Positions 43,926-64,000 of a DNA stretch of 64,000 nt are shown here, piece after piece. A program made the position numbers and the translations under genes. The notes under the pieces were generated by a model, which did no database searches, had not been told where the DNA came from, and was given only the letters and a program-made list of their open reading frames with translations. How positions within the stretch are numbered: position 1 is the first letter of the stretch; every line of letters begins with the position of its first letter. Source of the DNA: the human T2T-CHM13v2.0 reference genome, Homo sapiens; NCBI RefSeq assembly GCF_009914755.1, contig NC_060936.1; one strand, given 5' to 3'.

Positions 43926-43990
43926 AAAGTTAACCCTAATAGTTCTTTGTTGATAGAAAGTTAACCCTAATAGTTCTTTATTGATAGAAA
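43926..43990 (+). repeat. 31 bp tandem duplication
   Basis: aaagttaaccctaatagttcttt(g/a)ttgatag x2. Confidence 0.95.
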
Positions 43991-45099
43991 TTTATGATAT
44001 AATTACACCATTACAATTTGAGGGTAGTGGTGAAAACGTACCTAGGAAAGCACAGAGTATCTCTCCAGGATAGGACACCTTCACTCTTATCTGAGGAGAA
44101 CTAAAGAAGCAAAATCCTAATTCCCAACCAGAGATTTAGGATGGTGTAAATTTACTCTAAGCAACCCAAGTTATAAGAAATTCTAACTTCTGGGCATCCC
44201 TTCAAAGCAACCATGAAAAGTTACTGTTACAAACTTGGCCCATTACTTCTCAGATACTTTTAATTATTGTTCAGTAGGCATATTTCCTATTTAATAATCT
44301 AAAATGAAATAAACTTATGTCAAGGGTGGCCACATAGCATTTAAACTCTAATAACATCTCTGTGATTTTGAATAATTTTAGAAAAGTATGGTTTCCTAGC
44401 TTGCAGTGTGGAGACCATGTTGAAAATCCTGCCCTTGAATGATTTCCCATTGTCCAGCCTTTTTTTTTTTTTTTGGTTTTGTAATTTTCCTGCAGAAGAT
44501 TGTCATTTACAGACAAGATGAAAAACCTATTCTTTTGTTAATTACTATTATTTTCTAATAAAAAAGTCTTTATTGAGACAATTAAATCATAGATATGGGT
44601 AAATTTCAAAAGCATTAGAAATTTGGAGCAAAAAGCCACTTTTTTCCTGAATAAAATATTATTTATCTATAAATCATTGCATCTAAACTCCTTATCGGTA
44701 TATTGACTACCTTGTATACCCCAAGTATGCAAAATAGATGGATGGAGTATGGACAGATGCAAATTAAAACAATGATAACATTTAAAGGTGATGAGACTAT
44801 AGCAATAGTGGTACAGTCTCTAATTCTGGTAACAATTTAAATTGGTATAATTTCCTTTTGGAAAGAAATTTGGCAATTTGAACATTAGAATATTCATTCC
44901 CTCTGTCTCAGTCTGATATCTAAAGTGTATCCTTAGGAAACCACTTAAATGGGAAATTATATGCTTCAAGATGTACTTTTCTCTGTGCTTTCATTTATCA
45001 CAAGATTAACATAGATAGAGAATTAGAAACCATAAAAGTCTCCCACAATGGAAGGGTAGTTAATGCAATTAAGGTACAACTGAATAAAAAAGCAGCCAT

Positions 45100-46620
45100 T
45101 AAAATAATCATTTTAAAGTAAATTGGGCCACAAAGGTTGGTCTGGATAGAAGACTGGTGAAAATGAAGTCTTAGGTAACGTAAGTTACTTTCATTTTGGC
45201 ACCAAACTGGCCAACAAGCAAGGCAATAGGTGTATGCAAAATCCAGGACATGAGGATGTGGATGTGGCCTACTTCTGCCTCTCCAGTTCCTCCTGTATTC
45301 CTGAAGTTCTCTGGTCATTGTGAAGTTAACAGGCTACGGGCTCAGAGGAGCCCTGAACTCTGCCTTGGGGAGGGTCCACGTTAGCATTTGAGTGGTCTGA
45401 GAAAATGTTTAGACTCTATTAATTCATAAGAAAATACTTTGAAGTTCTTTCTCTTATTCCATCATCACATCCAAAGCAAGCCTGGCCATGGCCTACTTCA
45501 TAAAGTCTACCTGGAAACAAACAAGATGTCACAAAGTTGGAGTGGGTAAGATATCAAACTACAAATACTGCCAGAGAATAAGTTATATGGATAAGAGTGA
45601 CTGGAAATATAAAAAATTAGGGGAGGAGAAGGTAATTTATTACTTAATGATTGTTTTCATGGTTGAACTTATAGAGGTTGTGTATCCCTTATTCAAAATA
45701 CTTGAGACCAGAAGTGTTTCAGATTTCAGATTTTGGAATATTTTCATTATGCTTACTGGTTGAGCACCCCTAATCTGAAATCCAAAATGCTCCAATGAGC
45801 GTTTCCTTTGAGCATCATGTCAGCACTCAAAAAGCTTGGAATTTTGGAGCATTTTGGATTTTAGATTTTTGGATCAGGAATACTGAAACTGTAGTTGTGA
45901 CAGTATTAATCTGAGAAGATGGGAGAAAGTTTAGTGACTCATAGACAGCTAATCTGGGGCTTCTTCTTCCATATTGCTGTTCCCCCCTACAATTTTTCCC
46001 ATAATACAGTCAGGCATTACAGTTATTAGCCCTTCTCCTGCTTCAACTGGCACTGAAAGGAAGGGAATTATGCATCTTCTCCATTGTGCGGTTCCTTCAT
46101 ATTGACCAAAGGCCTCAAAATGCTGGTTTCCATATTTATACTACACAGTCACTACACTGCTTCCCCGCTTAGGAGCTGTGGGGCCCACCTCTGCCGACAG
46201 CTGAGTGGTCCCCCTCGCCACCAAGCACAAGTGGTAGTGCTCCCCTGCAAAACCTGCCTGCCTGGCCATAACTATGTGTGGCATAAAGGCCACCAACAGC
46301 CTGCCCAGTGCCCTAGGAAGCGGCTTGGCAAGGGGTGGGTGCTGTATACCAGAGAATGATGTGGCATATGGTTTATATTCTCTGAGAAGTCAGAATATGA
46401 AATATTGAAAGAGGATAGAGTGACACAGAAGTTGAATGACAGAGAAGCCTGTAGGCAGAGGCCATACTGCAATAGAAGCCATGAGGTAAAGAAGGGTCAC
46501 GGAGTTGACAGTGATGGAGAAGAGTATAGAAGAGAAACCAAACACAGACTGCTGCCAGTCTGCTGAGCAGTATTCTAGATTTCCATGAGGTAGGGATGGG
46601 TGGAGTTGAGAAATTTTTCT
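45100..46620 (-). mobile_element. Possible very old ERVL-like internal remnant
   Basis: Short minus-strand peptides VMPDCIMG (~45995-46020) and LLVGQFG (~45200-45225) recall the ERVL protease motif PVPECIIG and pol motif LVGLFG, in the right order. This is weak evidence. Confidence 0.25.
45674..45891. mobile_element. Tigger4a/MER46-like MITE
   Basis: TA-flanked. aggttgtgtatcccttattcaaaatacttgagaccagaagtgtttcagattt...aatgagcgtttcctttgagcatcatgtcagcactcaaaa. Confidence 0.85.
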
Positions 46621-47283
46621 TTTCTTTTTTTTAACTTTCCTATGCACCTATATTGTAAAACTTTCATTAACTGAGGAAATCAAGCATGTCTCTTTTCTGC
46701 TTAACATGAAAAGTTATAACAAAGTGATGGCTAGGTTCTAAGACAGTACTGATCCTGATTTTGAATTAATAAAACCCCACAGGTTTTTCTATGTTGGCAA
46801 CACAACTCCATTCCTATGGGTTTTTTCTTTTTCAATTTTTTATAGACATGGCATAAAAAATTAAGATGGCTTTTCCCCATATAGTTGCTATGGGAGGTAA
46901 TATATTAATACTTATTCCAACTATGCTGTACTATACTGCTCATATTTTCTGGAATTCCTTTTGGAATCATATTCGGAATCTGCGTCCTTGTCACTCAAGA
47001 AAAAACAAACTTAGTTTTTCATATTGTACTTATGGTTCACTTTCCTTTCTTCCCGCTTCCTTTTATTTCTTGCCATAATGAGCCAATCATATGAGGGACT
47101 TTGGGTGAAAAGGAGAGACCGGACTAAACTGAGTAAAGGCAGGGAAATAGTCAATTGAAATAATAGCAACAAACTCAGGATAAGTTCATTTGTATGTTTT
47201 GACTCCAGAGTTATGATAAATAAAATGAGTTTATTTAGATGAAGGTCATCAAATTAAAATTATAGAAATCTACAGCAGAGAAG

Positions 47284-48064
47284 TGATACAGAAGGGAAGT
47301 GCTGGGAAGGGAAAAGCATGGTCCCTTTAAATGATATGGAAGGGAAGTGCTAGGTAGAGGAGGGCGTGGTCCCTGACTAGGGCTCCACCCAGGGCCCGGG
47401 CCCATGGACATAGGTGAGGACAGGCATTTTTGTTTTCCTGCACAAATGTTGCACTTCCCAAGACCACCCTGGCCTGCCACGCCCCCATCCTGTGCCTATA
47501 AAAACCCCGAGACCCTAGCAGGGAGACACACAGGTGGCTGGATGTCGAGAGAAGCACATCAATGGAGGCACACACAGGTGGCTGGCCGTCGAGAGGAACG
47601 CACCAACAGGCATCGGCATGCCAGCAGGCCACTGAGTGGCAGAATGACATGGAGTTTGGCTGGGGCAGTCGGATGACAGCCCAGTCCACTGAGTAAATAA
47701 AACCTGCTCAATAAAACCTTGCACTCATTCTCCAAGTCCACGTGTGATCTGATTCTTCTGGTACACAGAGGCAAGATCCCTAGGATACAGAAAGCCCTCT
47801 GTCCCTGCAGTAAGGCAGGGGTCTAATTGAGCTGACTAACACGAGCTACCTATGGACGGCTAAACTAAAAGAGCACCCTGTAACACACGCCCACTGGGGC
47901 TTCAGCTGTAAACATTCACCCCTAGACACTGCCATGGGGTTGGAGTCCCACAGCCTGCCCATCTGTATGCTCCCCTAGAGGTTTGAGCAGCAGGGCGGTG
48001 AAGAAGTGAGCCACACCCCCATCACACACCCTGCGAGGGGGACAAGAGACCCTTTCCCATTTCA
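47284..48064 (+). mobile_element. LTR1-family (ERV1) solo LTR, 781 bp, inserted in a MIR
   Basis: tgatacaga...cccatttca termini, perfect 4 bp TSD GAAG (47280-47283, 48065-48068), TATA-like cctataaaaa (~47496) and AATAAA (~47710). Confidence 0.85.
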
Positions 48065-49174
48065 GAAGGACATTTGAGAACACTGCATCCAACGTACTCA
48101 TTTTATAGAGGGCACAAATCAAGTCCAGTGAGGCTGAATGTTTGTCAAAGTCTCAGAGCAAAACTGTAAGCAAAACCAGTTTTCAGTAGCACCCTGCCCA
48201 TGTGCCACCTAGCTGAGGGGCTAGTAGCCACTGAGATCCAACTTATTGCCAGCTCTTGGGGGCCAGCTGTAGGGATGACTCTTCCTGGGGGAAAGTGTCT
48301 CATATTCTAGTTGTCACAAAGGCATATATCACAGGGACGAAGTTAGTTATTTCTTTGGAACAGACTCATGTGAGGGCCACTCATAACCCGGTTCCAAAGA
48401 AATAACTTTATCTCTTGATAAGTTATATTATTAATTTTATTTATTTTGTGTTATTTTGGTTTAAAAATGGTTTTATCATTAAATAGTTATTATTAACGTA
48501 TTATTACATTAAATTATTAAATCAGTGGCAACCAGTAAAATAGACTCTATTGAACTCATTGTCTTTTCGTCATTCATTTCTTCACTCATTTATTTGACAC
48601 ATGAGTATACATACATTGCCCCAGGTGTTGGACATCCTTTGAGATACCAAAACAAGTGGCTATCAACTTAAATACCAATGACTGAAAAACAGCAAGTCTG
48701 CAACACAAAACCATTTAGCAACATCTATAGGGGTATAGGAGGAGTTTAAGTTGGCAGGGCTTCCAGGAAAACTCTGTTTCTATCAGTTTGGGGGTTACTT
48801 TTTAGGTTAAGAGTTTAATAATGAGGAAGGGAAATATCTGAAAAACCACTAATTGCAGGAAAAAGAACTAACTAGGGAGTCAGAACCAGGACGTAGGTAA
48901 TACATGCCTTTGTGACAACTAGAATATGAGACACTTTCCCCCAGGAAGAGTCATCCCTACAGCTGGCCCCAAGGGCTGGCATAAGTTGGATCTCAGTGGC
49001 TACTAGCCCCTGAGCTGGGTGGCCTATGGGCGGGGGGCAACTGAAGACTGGTTTTTCTTACAGTTTTGCTCTGAGACTTTGGCAAGCCATTCAACCTCAC
49101 TGGACCTCATTTGAGTTATCCATAAAATGAGTATGTTGGATGCAGCATTCTCAAATGTCCTTCTGAAACGGGAA
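48054..49174. repeat. Inverted duplication: arms 48054-48332 and 48897-49174, spacer 564 bp
   Basis: Manual reverse-complement alignment, with a 67 bp perfect core (48259-48325 vs 48904-48970). Confidence 0.95.
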
Positions 49175-52120
49175 GGACTGCTTAACACTGCCATCTGATT
49201 GCAGCATCCTCCCCAAGTTCCAATTGAGAGAACTGATGTTTTTCTACACTTAAGCCTTCACTCTATTGCCTGAATTCTTCTATTTCCCTGGGTTTTTTGG
49301 GGGACTTTTATGACCCTCACTAGATAGTAAACTTCAGTGAGAACACCATACCTATTATCTTCCCTTTTCCTTCCCCAGGCGTCATAGGCCAGCACTTGGC
49401 ACAACATTTTACACATAGTCAATAGCTCAATAAATGTAAATGTTAATTAAAAAAATTAAAACACTTTTTTTGCTTCCCATTAGGCTGATCTTTTGTCATC
49501 TGACAACAATTTCTTCACTACATTGTAAGCCTCAGAGAAGACATATATTTGCTGTTGAAATTTCTTGACCTCTAAGAAATCTATGTCTATTTAATTTAAA
49601 ACGTGACTGTCTGTGATGGTAAAAGGAGAGACACATTTCTTTACCATAAGCATTGAAAAATCTATCTGTATCATCCTAAGCTTTAAAAATTTCAAACTAC
49701 ACCAGTATTCTGATTTTATTTTCTTTCCACTGCAAGAGTGCCTGCACAGTATCTCTGGCTCGTGTTTATCTGCAGGTGCCTGAGAATGAATGCAAGCTGA
49801 TTTATCACTGTGGGCTATCGTGATGCAAACAATGGCATACTTTGTTTATTGGATTCTTTTCAATCCATTTTATAGCTGCTTTCCATCAAGTGTGAGTTCT
49901 GTGGCTTCTTTATGATAGTTGTGTTCCCAACAGGAATGTCCTTGAGTAGATGTAAATTCCTCATTTGATGAAATTGACTAACGTTTGTATAGAGACTTAC
50001 CGTATACAAAACACCATTCGTATATATTACTTCATTTAAATCTGATGACAATTCAAAGCAATAGCATCATTATTCCCATTTTGCATATAAGTCTTTTTTA
50101 AATATAGTGACTTCCCCAAGATTACACAGTGACAGCAGTGTTTCAAATCCAGTATTCTCTGTCTCTTTCTCCTTCAACATAATCATCTTACCAGTTCAGA
50201 TATATATATGGAAACCTCTCTTGAGGTGTCTTACTTTTTATGGTATTTGAATGGAAAAAGAGATGAAATGAAAACTGCTTGAAATCTCCCCTAAGTTAGC
50301 ATTCTTTTTAATAACAGCAGTGAAGTAAGCCACTGAAATATCATCCAAAAATGAGTAGAATAAAATGCTTCTCAAAGAGCATTAGGAATTAAAATAAGCA
50401 GCATCTTGGCAGGTCTGCGCCTCTGTGTCCTGTATATTCTCTTTTGACTCAGTATCCATTTGGCCCCAAAAGCTCAAAACAATAATTAGAACAGAAAGGA
50501 TGCTTGGATGAGCTAGAAGTTAAAATATCACATATCAATCTCAATGACTAAGTAACTCATTTGAGAGTAGTGATGTCAACACTACAAATGTATTACAAGG
50601 AGAACAGTCATTCTAATGCAATAAGATGGCAGTGTTAGGCAGTCTTTTAATAATACATACACGAAAACATGGAGCTACATAATGATTTTCTCTGATACAG
50701 TCATGACAGTAAGGAACTAAAAGAAATTTTTTAAAAAAACTTCCCCTAGAAGCTGCTTAGAGTATGAAAATACATGTGGAGTGTCTCAGCAATTATTTAA
50801 AATAGAACTTGTGCCATTAGTTACTGACATATAAGAGCTTTGTAAATAATGAGGAGATGGAAAGTCATTATCGTAAAACTATAAACTGTAAGGCAGTTTC
50901 ACAATATTTCATCTCAAGTTACTGCTAAAGTGAAAACATAATAGCTTCACAGATTAAGCATTTTAACTGCAATTGCCTTTTTTTTACTCACTTCCTGATT
51001 TGTATAGAAAGTTCTGAAGCACCTTACTGATTATCAGCAATGAAACAAAACTGTAAAACTGAGAAAATCTATCTCAATCCTTCCAAATCAAAGATGAGTT
51101 TTCTACCAGTTCGGTGAGTGAATAGCTTAACAGGTCTATTAAAATTCACTCTATCCTCCCTTCTAATCTGTTCCTGGCACTGGCACAAAGAAAATCATGT
51201 CACACCTACTGTCACACCCAGTCTCCTAAAAAGAGCCCAGCTTCCCACTGAGGGAGCCCCGCACAGTCTGGCCTGCCCCTCTCCAGCCTTCCACAGCACC
51301 TCCTCCACGTCACCTGCCATTGTCACCACTATGCCCCAGGGGCTAGTACAGTGACATGCACACAGTTGGGGCTCAATACATATTTGTTTAATGAAGGAAT
51401 CATTTTCACCATTTCACAAATGTAACAAAATATTGTCTCACAGTTTTGAAGTTTCCTTATTTTCAAAGCGATTTTATGTAAGGAGAGAATGAATAAGTCA
51501 TTCAATTTATCCCTTATTCTTGCTATGAATTTCCATATTATAGTCCAGAGCAACTTTGGAAGTTATATTTTAACAGCATAGTTATTTTCCAACACACACA
51601 AACACATAGACAAGCATACAACATAAAAGAGATATTAGTAGACATTTGTCGTGCTTCTCTTTAGAATGGGTGGAAAGGATCTGGTAGCAATGGACAAAAG
51701 TTAGTGGGTGGGCTCATATACGGCCCTCACATACCCTGGAGGAAGGGATTTAGGACATTTGCCTGTACTTGCAGAGGTGTCTAGGAGATCAGCTCTACCA
51801 CCTGGTAATGAAGAATATTCTGAACAATGAAGCAATGGATAATCTTGAGTTATGGTTGTCTTGTGAATACAGGAACTGAAAATTACCCACCATCTAGGCT
51901 CTATCTTGGATTCTAGATGGGCTTGTACTTGGTGGGGTCGAGGTAATCATAGTATGGAACTATGCCTAGAAGTAAGACCAAATCTTAGGACATAAAGACA
52001 AAAATCTTAGGGGAAAGCATATTTTAACTTAAGGAAGTCTTGCTATGCTTTTATTACAAAGTAAGAGGCAGTCTGCTGTTAAGAAACCTTTGTGTTTACC
52101 TTGTGTAGAAGTTTCCCCAG

Positions 52121-56391
<4,271 letters not shown>

Positions 56392-58023
56392 CCCAGAAAG
56401 CTCTCTGGGGCTGGTCATGTGTTCTAACTTATAAGGGAAGAGGGTTTCAAGGTATCTGGAGTGCATTCTAAGCAGGCCCTTGCATATAAAGCACAAGGAG
56501 AGCGTGATATTCAGCCTTGGGGCTCAGGATGGTCAAAGCCATCTGGCTGCCCTGACCACACCACAGAAAATCAGAGTCAGAAACTTTTAGGAATTGGGGG
56601 AACTTAGACAGACAGTATTAAATCTGGGCTCAGCCTTGGTGGGTGAATCATTCTCTGTACTATCTTTACTCAAGGGGTTAAGTGGTCTATATTTAAATCC
56701 CCTCTCTCCTGTAACAGGTGCAATGACTGTTTCCTCTGTGAGACAGAACTGATGGAATTGAGATTTTAGTAAATGACTTATTTTGAGCTAGTTCTTTGTC
56801 CACTTGCCTTTGTTCTTGGCATAGCAGTCATAATAGCCAGAGGACTTTTTACATGAATCTAATCAGAGACATGGGCATATTTTCTGTGTTTTTTCTTTTT
56901 TTTAAAAAATAATAAATAGCATTGAAGTTCTGTAATGTAGTAAAACAAGGCAGTCTACCTAGATGTTACGGTAAACCTCTGATCTATGTATCAGGAGTGA
57001 CTCAATCTGGTTAAAAGTTGCAGAAAAATTTAGATGGATTTCGGTATATGGCTAGTTTTATACAAAGGTTAACACACAAGCCTTGCAGTGTAACAGACCC
57101 AGGTTTGAATTCTGGCTTCACCACTTACTACCTTCCACCAGTGGCCTCCATCAAGTTACTTAACCTACCTGAGACATGGTATTTTCATTTAAAAATGCTT
57201 AGCATGAAATGAAATTAGTATTAAAATAACAGTAATTACTGTTGTTATTATTAAAAATGCATGCATTCTGCCAGCCCCAAGGACAGAAAGGAATACTTTT
57301 TCTTCTATAAAGTTTTACACATTACAATATTCCCTGTGGATATGATGTGTTCTCTAAAGCAGAGAGAAATCCTTTATCGGGATTTCTAGGAGATTATTTT
57401 TTTCCTTCAGTTCACTTTATTTATTTATCCCAGGCATAGTACTTTTCTTAATCTTTTAATCACATTTTGATATACTTTTTTGGCTTCCTCTTCAGTCCCT
57501 ATTGAAACAAGTTTTCTCTTCATGCAATCATGAATAAACTTACTCATTTCTATTCAGTAATGTAAGCATTATCTTTTGTAACATTAGGATAAATTTTAGC
57601 ATGCAAATGAATAAATAGCAAGGGCAAGAGACAAGATAAGGTGTCTGTTAATAAATAAATGACATGATGTTAGGTGAATGGAAACAGCTGGGAGACCTAC
57701 TTTTAATTTTCTCGTTATCTAAAAATCAGAAAGGCCAAATGCATCAAGTTTACTGATAATTCACTTCTGTTTGCTAGCCATGAATCCATCATGTAAAGAG
57801 TGGTATTGATGAAAAGAGCAGTATTGTCACCTACAAAATGTACTTGGTACTAATGTAATATATGGTACTGCCAATTCTATCACAGAAATTTGGCCAAGGA
57901 ATGAGAATGTAGTAATTTATGAATTCTAGGACAATTACATAATAATACAAACAATATTCTATTACTCATACTTGTTGTGGGGTATATAAACAAAAATTAT
58001 TTTACCTCTAGGAAACTTATGTA

Positions 58024-58541
58024 CTGTTGTTCACCTTTATATGTGAGGGATACATTCCAAGATCCTCATACCTAGTACCAAACCCTATAGATGCTGTGTC
58101 ATTTTCCTACATTTATAAACCTATGAATATGTTTATAAGTTAGGCACAGTAAGAGATTAACAATAATAACTAATAATAAAATAAAAAACAATTATAACAG
58201 TATGCCAGTATCACTACTCTTGTGCTTTGGGGCCATTATTAAGTAACAAATAAGGGTTACTTGAACACAGTGCAATAGTGCAACAGGAAATCTGATAACT
58301 GAGAAGACTACTAAATGATTAAGGTGCAGCTAGCTGAGACAGCATGGATATACTGGACAAAGGGATGATTCACATCCCAGGTGGGACTGAGCAGATGATT
58401 TCATCACACTACTCAATGGTACACAATTTAAAACTTATAATTGTTTATTTCTGAAATTGCCCGTTTAATATTTTTGGACTATGTTTGACTGCAGGAAACT
58501 GAAACTGTGGAACGAGAAACCATGGATAAGGGAGGACTACA
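58024..58541. mobile_element. MER44-type Tigger-family MITE
   Basis: ttaggcacagtaagagattaacaataataactaataataaaat...ctggacaaagggatgattcacatccc...aaccatggataagggaggactac, TA-flanked. Confidence 0.85.
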
Positions 58542-58859
58542 GTACATCAAATGGACCAATCATGGCTTTCTGCAGGTGTGAAAACTTTAGGAATCATCTA
58601 AAATTTTCCTAAAATATCCAAGCTTGCATGTTCAGGTCTGTAGTAATATAATGATGCTGATATTTTGATAGGCACAATTAACAGAATGCTGATTTGTATT
58701 AGAAAGTAGCCCAACAATCGAAGTTGCCCTGCAATCTAAATTTCCAGACTCAAACTTCAACTACTCATCTACATGTAGCCATCTTATCACCATAAAATAA
58801 ATATTTTGGTATGCCTCCTTAGAGTTCTTTTCTAATACGTATTTAAAAATCTACTGTGT

Positions 58860-59820
58860 GTGTGTGCGCAAACAAAATCGGATTGATGCCATAGTTGTTT
58901 TGTAGTTTGTTTTAACTTATTAAAGTCTGTTATACATACAAAGAAGTTATCTATGTACACTTTAAAGAATGATAATAAGATAATCACTGATTTACTCACC
59001 AATCAGCTTATTAACTATATCATTATCAGATTTTAGAAGCTCTCTGTGAACCACTTTCTGATAGGATCCCTCCCTTGGCCCCAGAGATAATTACCATCAT
59101 GAGTTCTGTGTTATTTATATCCTTGTTTTTCTGTATAGGATATTTTCTACGCATGTACTCCTAAAAATACATATCACTTGGTTGTGCCTGTTTTTGAACT
59201 TAATGGATTATTATATGATTTATTTTATTACTTGTTTAATTTCTTAATATTATGCTTTTGAAATTCATTCAGGTAGATGCCTTTAGCTACAGTTTATTTT
59301 GAGTGCATCATGATATACACTTTATGAAAATACATCAGTTTATCCCTGATGTATACATCCCCCTACTCATTTCCAGTTTTTAAAATTACAAATAATGCTG
59401 CTATGCACATATTTTTAACATATCTCCAGGTACATGTGTGCAAGGGTTTCTCTAATAAATATGGGAAAACAGAATAAATAGAATTGCTGGATTATAGAGT
59501 ATGTGCACACAGTCAATTTTATAGATAATACAAACTGTGTCGTAAGAAGTTGAAACCATTAAGATTCTCACTAGCAGTAGAAGACAGAGAACTCTATACT
59601 ACAACCTAGCCAACATTTCTTTTTTAAGTATCCATTAACCTAGTTGATAAAAATGGTATGCCAATATCGTTCTAAATTGCATTTTATTGATTAATTAAGA
59701 GCTTGAGCCCCCATTTCACATATTTATTGGCCATTTGGGTATCTGCTTTTATAGAGTGTCTATTCTTTCCCATTTTCCAATTGGACGGTTTGCCTATTTC
59801 TGATTGGTTCATAGGAACGT
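58860..59820 (-). mobile_element. Ancient L1M(E) 3' region (further L1M pieces at ~62780-62970 on minus and ~62980-63410 on plus)
   Basis: acaaataatgctgctatgcacat...gaattgctggattatagag...atatttattggccattt. The plus-strand piece translates to the ORF2-like IIYVENLMEST...ISEFSKVA. Confidence 0.65.
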
Positions 59821-59844
59821 CCAGATATATTATAAATCAGGATA

Positions 59845-62460
<2,616 letters not shown>

Positions 62461-62487
62461 ATACTAAGCCTCTGCCAGGTGTGTATA

Positions 62488-62776
62488 CAGTCACCTTCAG
62501 TATCCATCAGGGAACTAGTTCCAGGATCCCTGTGGATACCAAAACCCACACATACTCAAGTCCTGCAGTTGGCCCTACAGATACCAAAAGTCAGATATAG
62601 ATACCAAAGTATATGTGGGTTTTGCATCCTGCAAGTACTGTATTTTTTTATTCCTGTTTGGTTGTAGATTTAGAACCCACTGATATGGAGGGCTGGCTGT
62701 ATGTAATGAAAAAAAAAAAACCCCACATAAAAGTGGACCACGCAGTTCAAACCGATATTGTTCTAGGGTCAACTGT
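62488..62776. mobile_element. MER2/MER8 (Tigger2-family) MITE
   Basis: TA|cagtcaccttcagtatcc...ttccaggatccctgtggataccaaa...aagtggaccacgcagttcaaacc...gggtcaactg|TA. Confidence 0.8.
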
Positions 62777-64000
62777 ATTGCAAATTTCTATCAATGTGGG
62801 GCTTCTCTTTCTACTTTCTCTATGGTATCTTTTTGTGAACCAAAGTTATGAACTTTAAGTAGGCATATATCTACATTTTCCTTTATGCCCTGTGTTTTCT
62901 ATGACTGGTTAACAAAATCTTTCACATTCCTTGGGTCATAAAGATATAAAACTATATTGTCTATTAAAAGTCTTACAGTTTGCAAACACTACCATCATAT
63001 ATGTAGAAAATCTAATGGAATCAACAAAAAGAATCAGTGAATTTAGCAAGGTTGCATTTTACAAGATTGGCACATTAAAACCTACATACTATTTATATAT
63101 ACTACAATCATTGGACATTGAATTAAAGAAAATTCTATTTATAATAGCACTAGAAAAGGAAATGTTTAGGAATAAATCTGACAAAAGACGTGCAAAATTG
63201 TACATTAAAAACTACAAACCATTGCTGAAAAATATTAAAGACTAAATAAATGCAGAGATGTACCTTGTTTATGGGTTTATTGGTAAAGACATCAATTCAT
63301 CCCAAATTGATCTATAGAGTCAATGTAAGTCCAATAAAAATCTTAGCAATATAAGCTCACTCTAAAATTCATATGGAATTGCAAAGGATGTAAATAACCA
63401 CAACAACATTATTCCCATCTTAGCCTCCTGAGTGGGGGTACTTGTATAGTACTTGGAAATGACTTCTGCATGTGCATCCCTGAGAACATTTCTAACGTGA
63501 AGCCAACCAGAATCTCTTCTGCATGGACAACCTGGCCCTTACTAGGATATATATTGCGTTAGGTAGATGGAGCTGGGACCTCTGATTTTAGGCATTCCAA
63601 ACAGAAACCGAGTCTTGGCTCTGAACAATTCTCCAGATTATTCATGCACCTGCTTTTCCTCTTCATAGGAATCCCTCCCATGAAATGCATAATTTCTAGG
63701 GTCATTAATCTAAGCAGTGACATAATTTCAAAATAAATGATCCCAGAACATTATCTTGAACAGAAGCAAATGGGAACTTTAACTCTGAAGTTCACCCTCC
63801 CATTCTAATGACTTTTATCTCAGTGAGCTCATTATGGTTGGTCAGTGTTGGATTTTTGTCCACCTTGGCCAAGAAGAGGGATGTGGAGAACTGTAAAATT
63901 TTCTGCTCTGAACCTAATACCTACTTTCTTATTCTCTGATACTGAGAAAGTAACACACTCCCTCTAAATTACTCTTTTGAGCTAGCAATTCCTAGAATGT

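Noticed and set aside
48054-49174. Inverted arms as TIRs of an unknown DNA transposon
   Set aside because: The arm includes a MIR remnant that continues on the far side of the LTR1, plus the LTR terminus, and no flanking TSD is present. Local duplication fits better.

Overview
Primate (very probably human) genomic DNA, AT-rich and dominated by interspersed repeats. The only supportable protein-coding gene is the 3' end of SLC2A13 (HMIT, H+/myo-inositol cotransporter) on the minus strand. Its last three coding exons are at 34615-34736, 34338-34490 and 29876-30102. A repeat-poor 3' UTR of about 5 kb ends near 24880, and a >29 kb intron runs off the right edge. Nearly all other ORFs in the track are transposon remnants or chance ORFs. 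The repeats include a full-length L1PA (15798-21906), an older L1PA 5' half, a near full-length Tigger1, a full THE1A MaLR provirus, solo LTRs, MITEs, L2/MIR fossils and a decayed 7SK copy. I see no new gene system. The most unusual structures read directly from the sequence are these. (1) A TSD-bounded 1.7 kb L1 3' transduction carrying only about 40 bp of L1. (2) A very young GCG/A-type L1 combining a 5' inversion, a 66 bp 3' transduction and an inversion-created 445 aa ORF, inserted sense to SLC2A13. (3) A ~280 bp inverted duplication in the SLC2A13 intron with a near-perfect inner core and an adjacent perfect 17 bp hairpin. (4) Two local non-tandem duplications clustered at 8.3-9.0 kb. Repeat subfamily names are recalled from consensus sequences rather than searched, and boundaries of old repeats are approximate.
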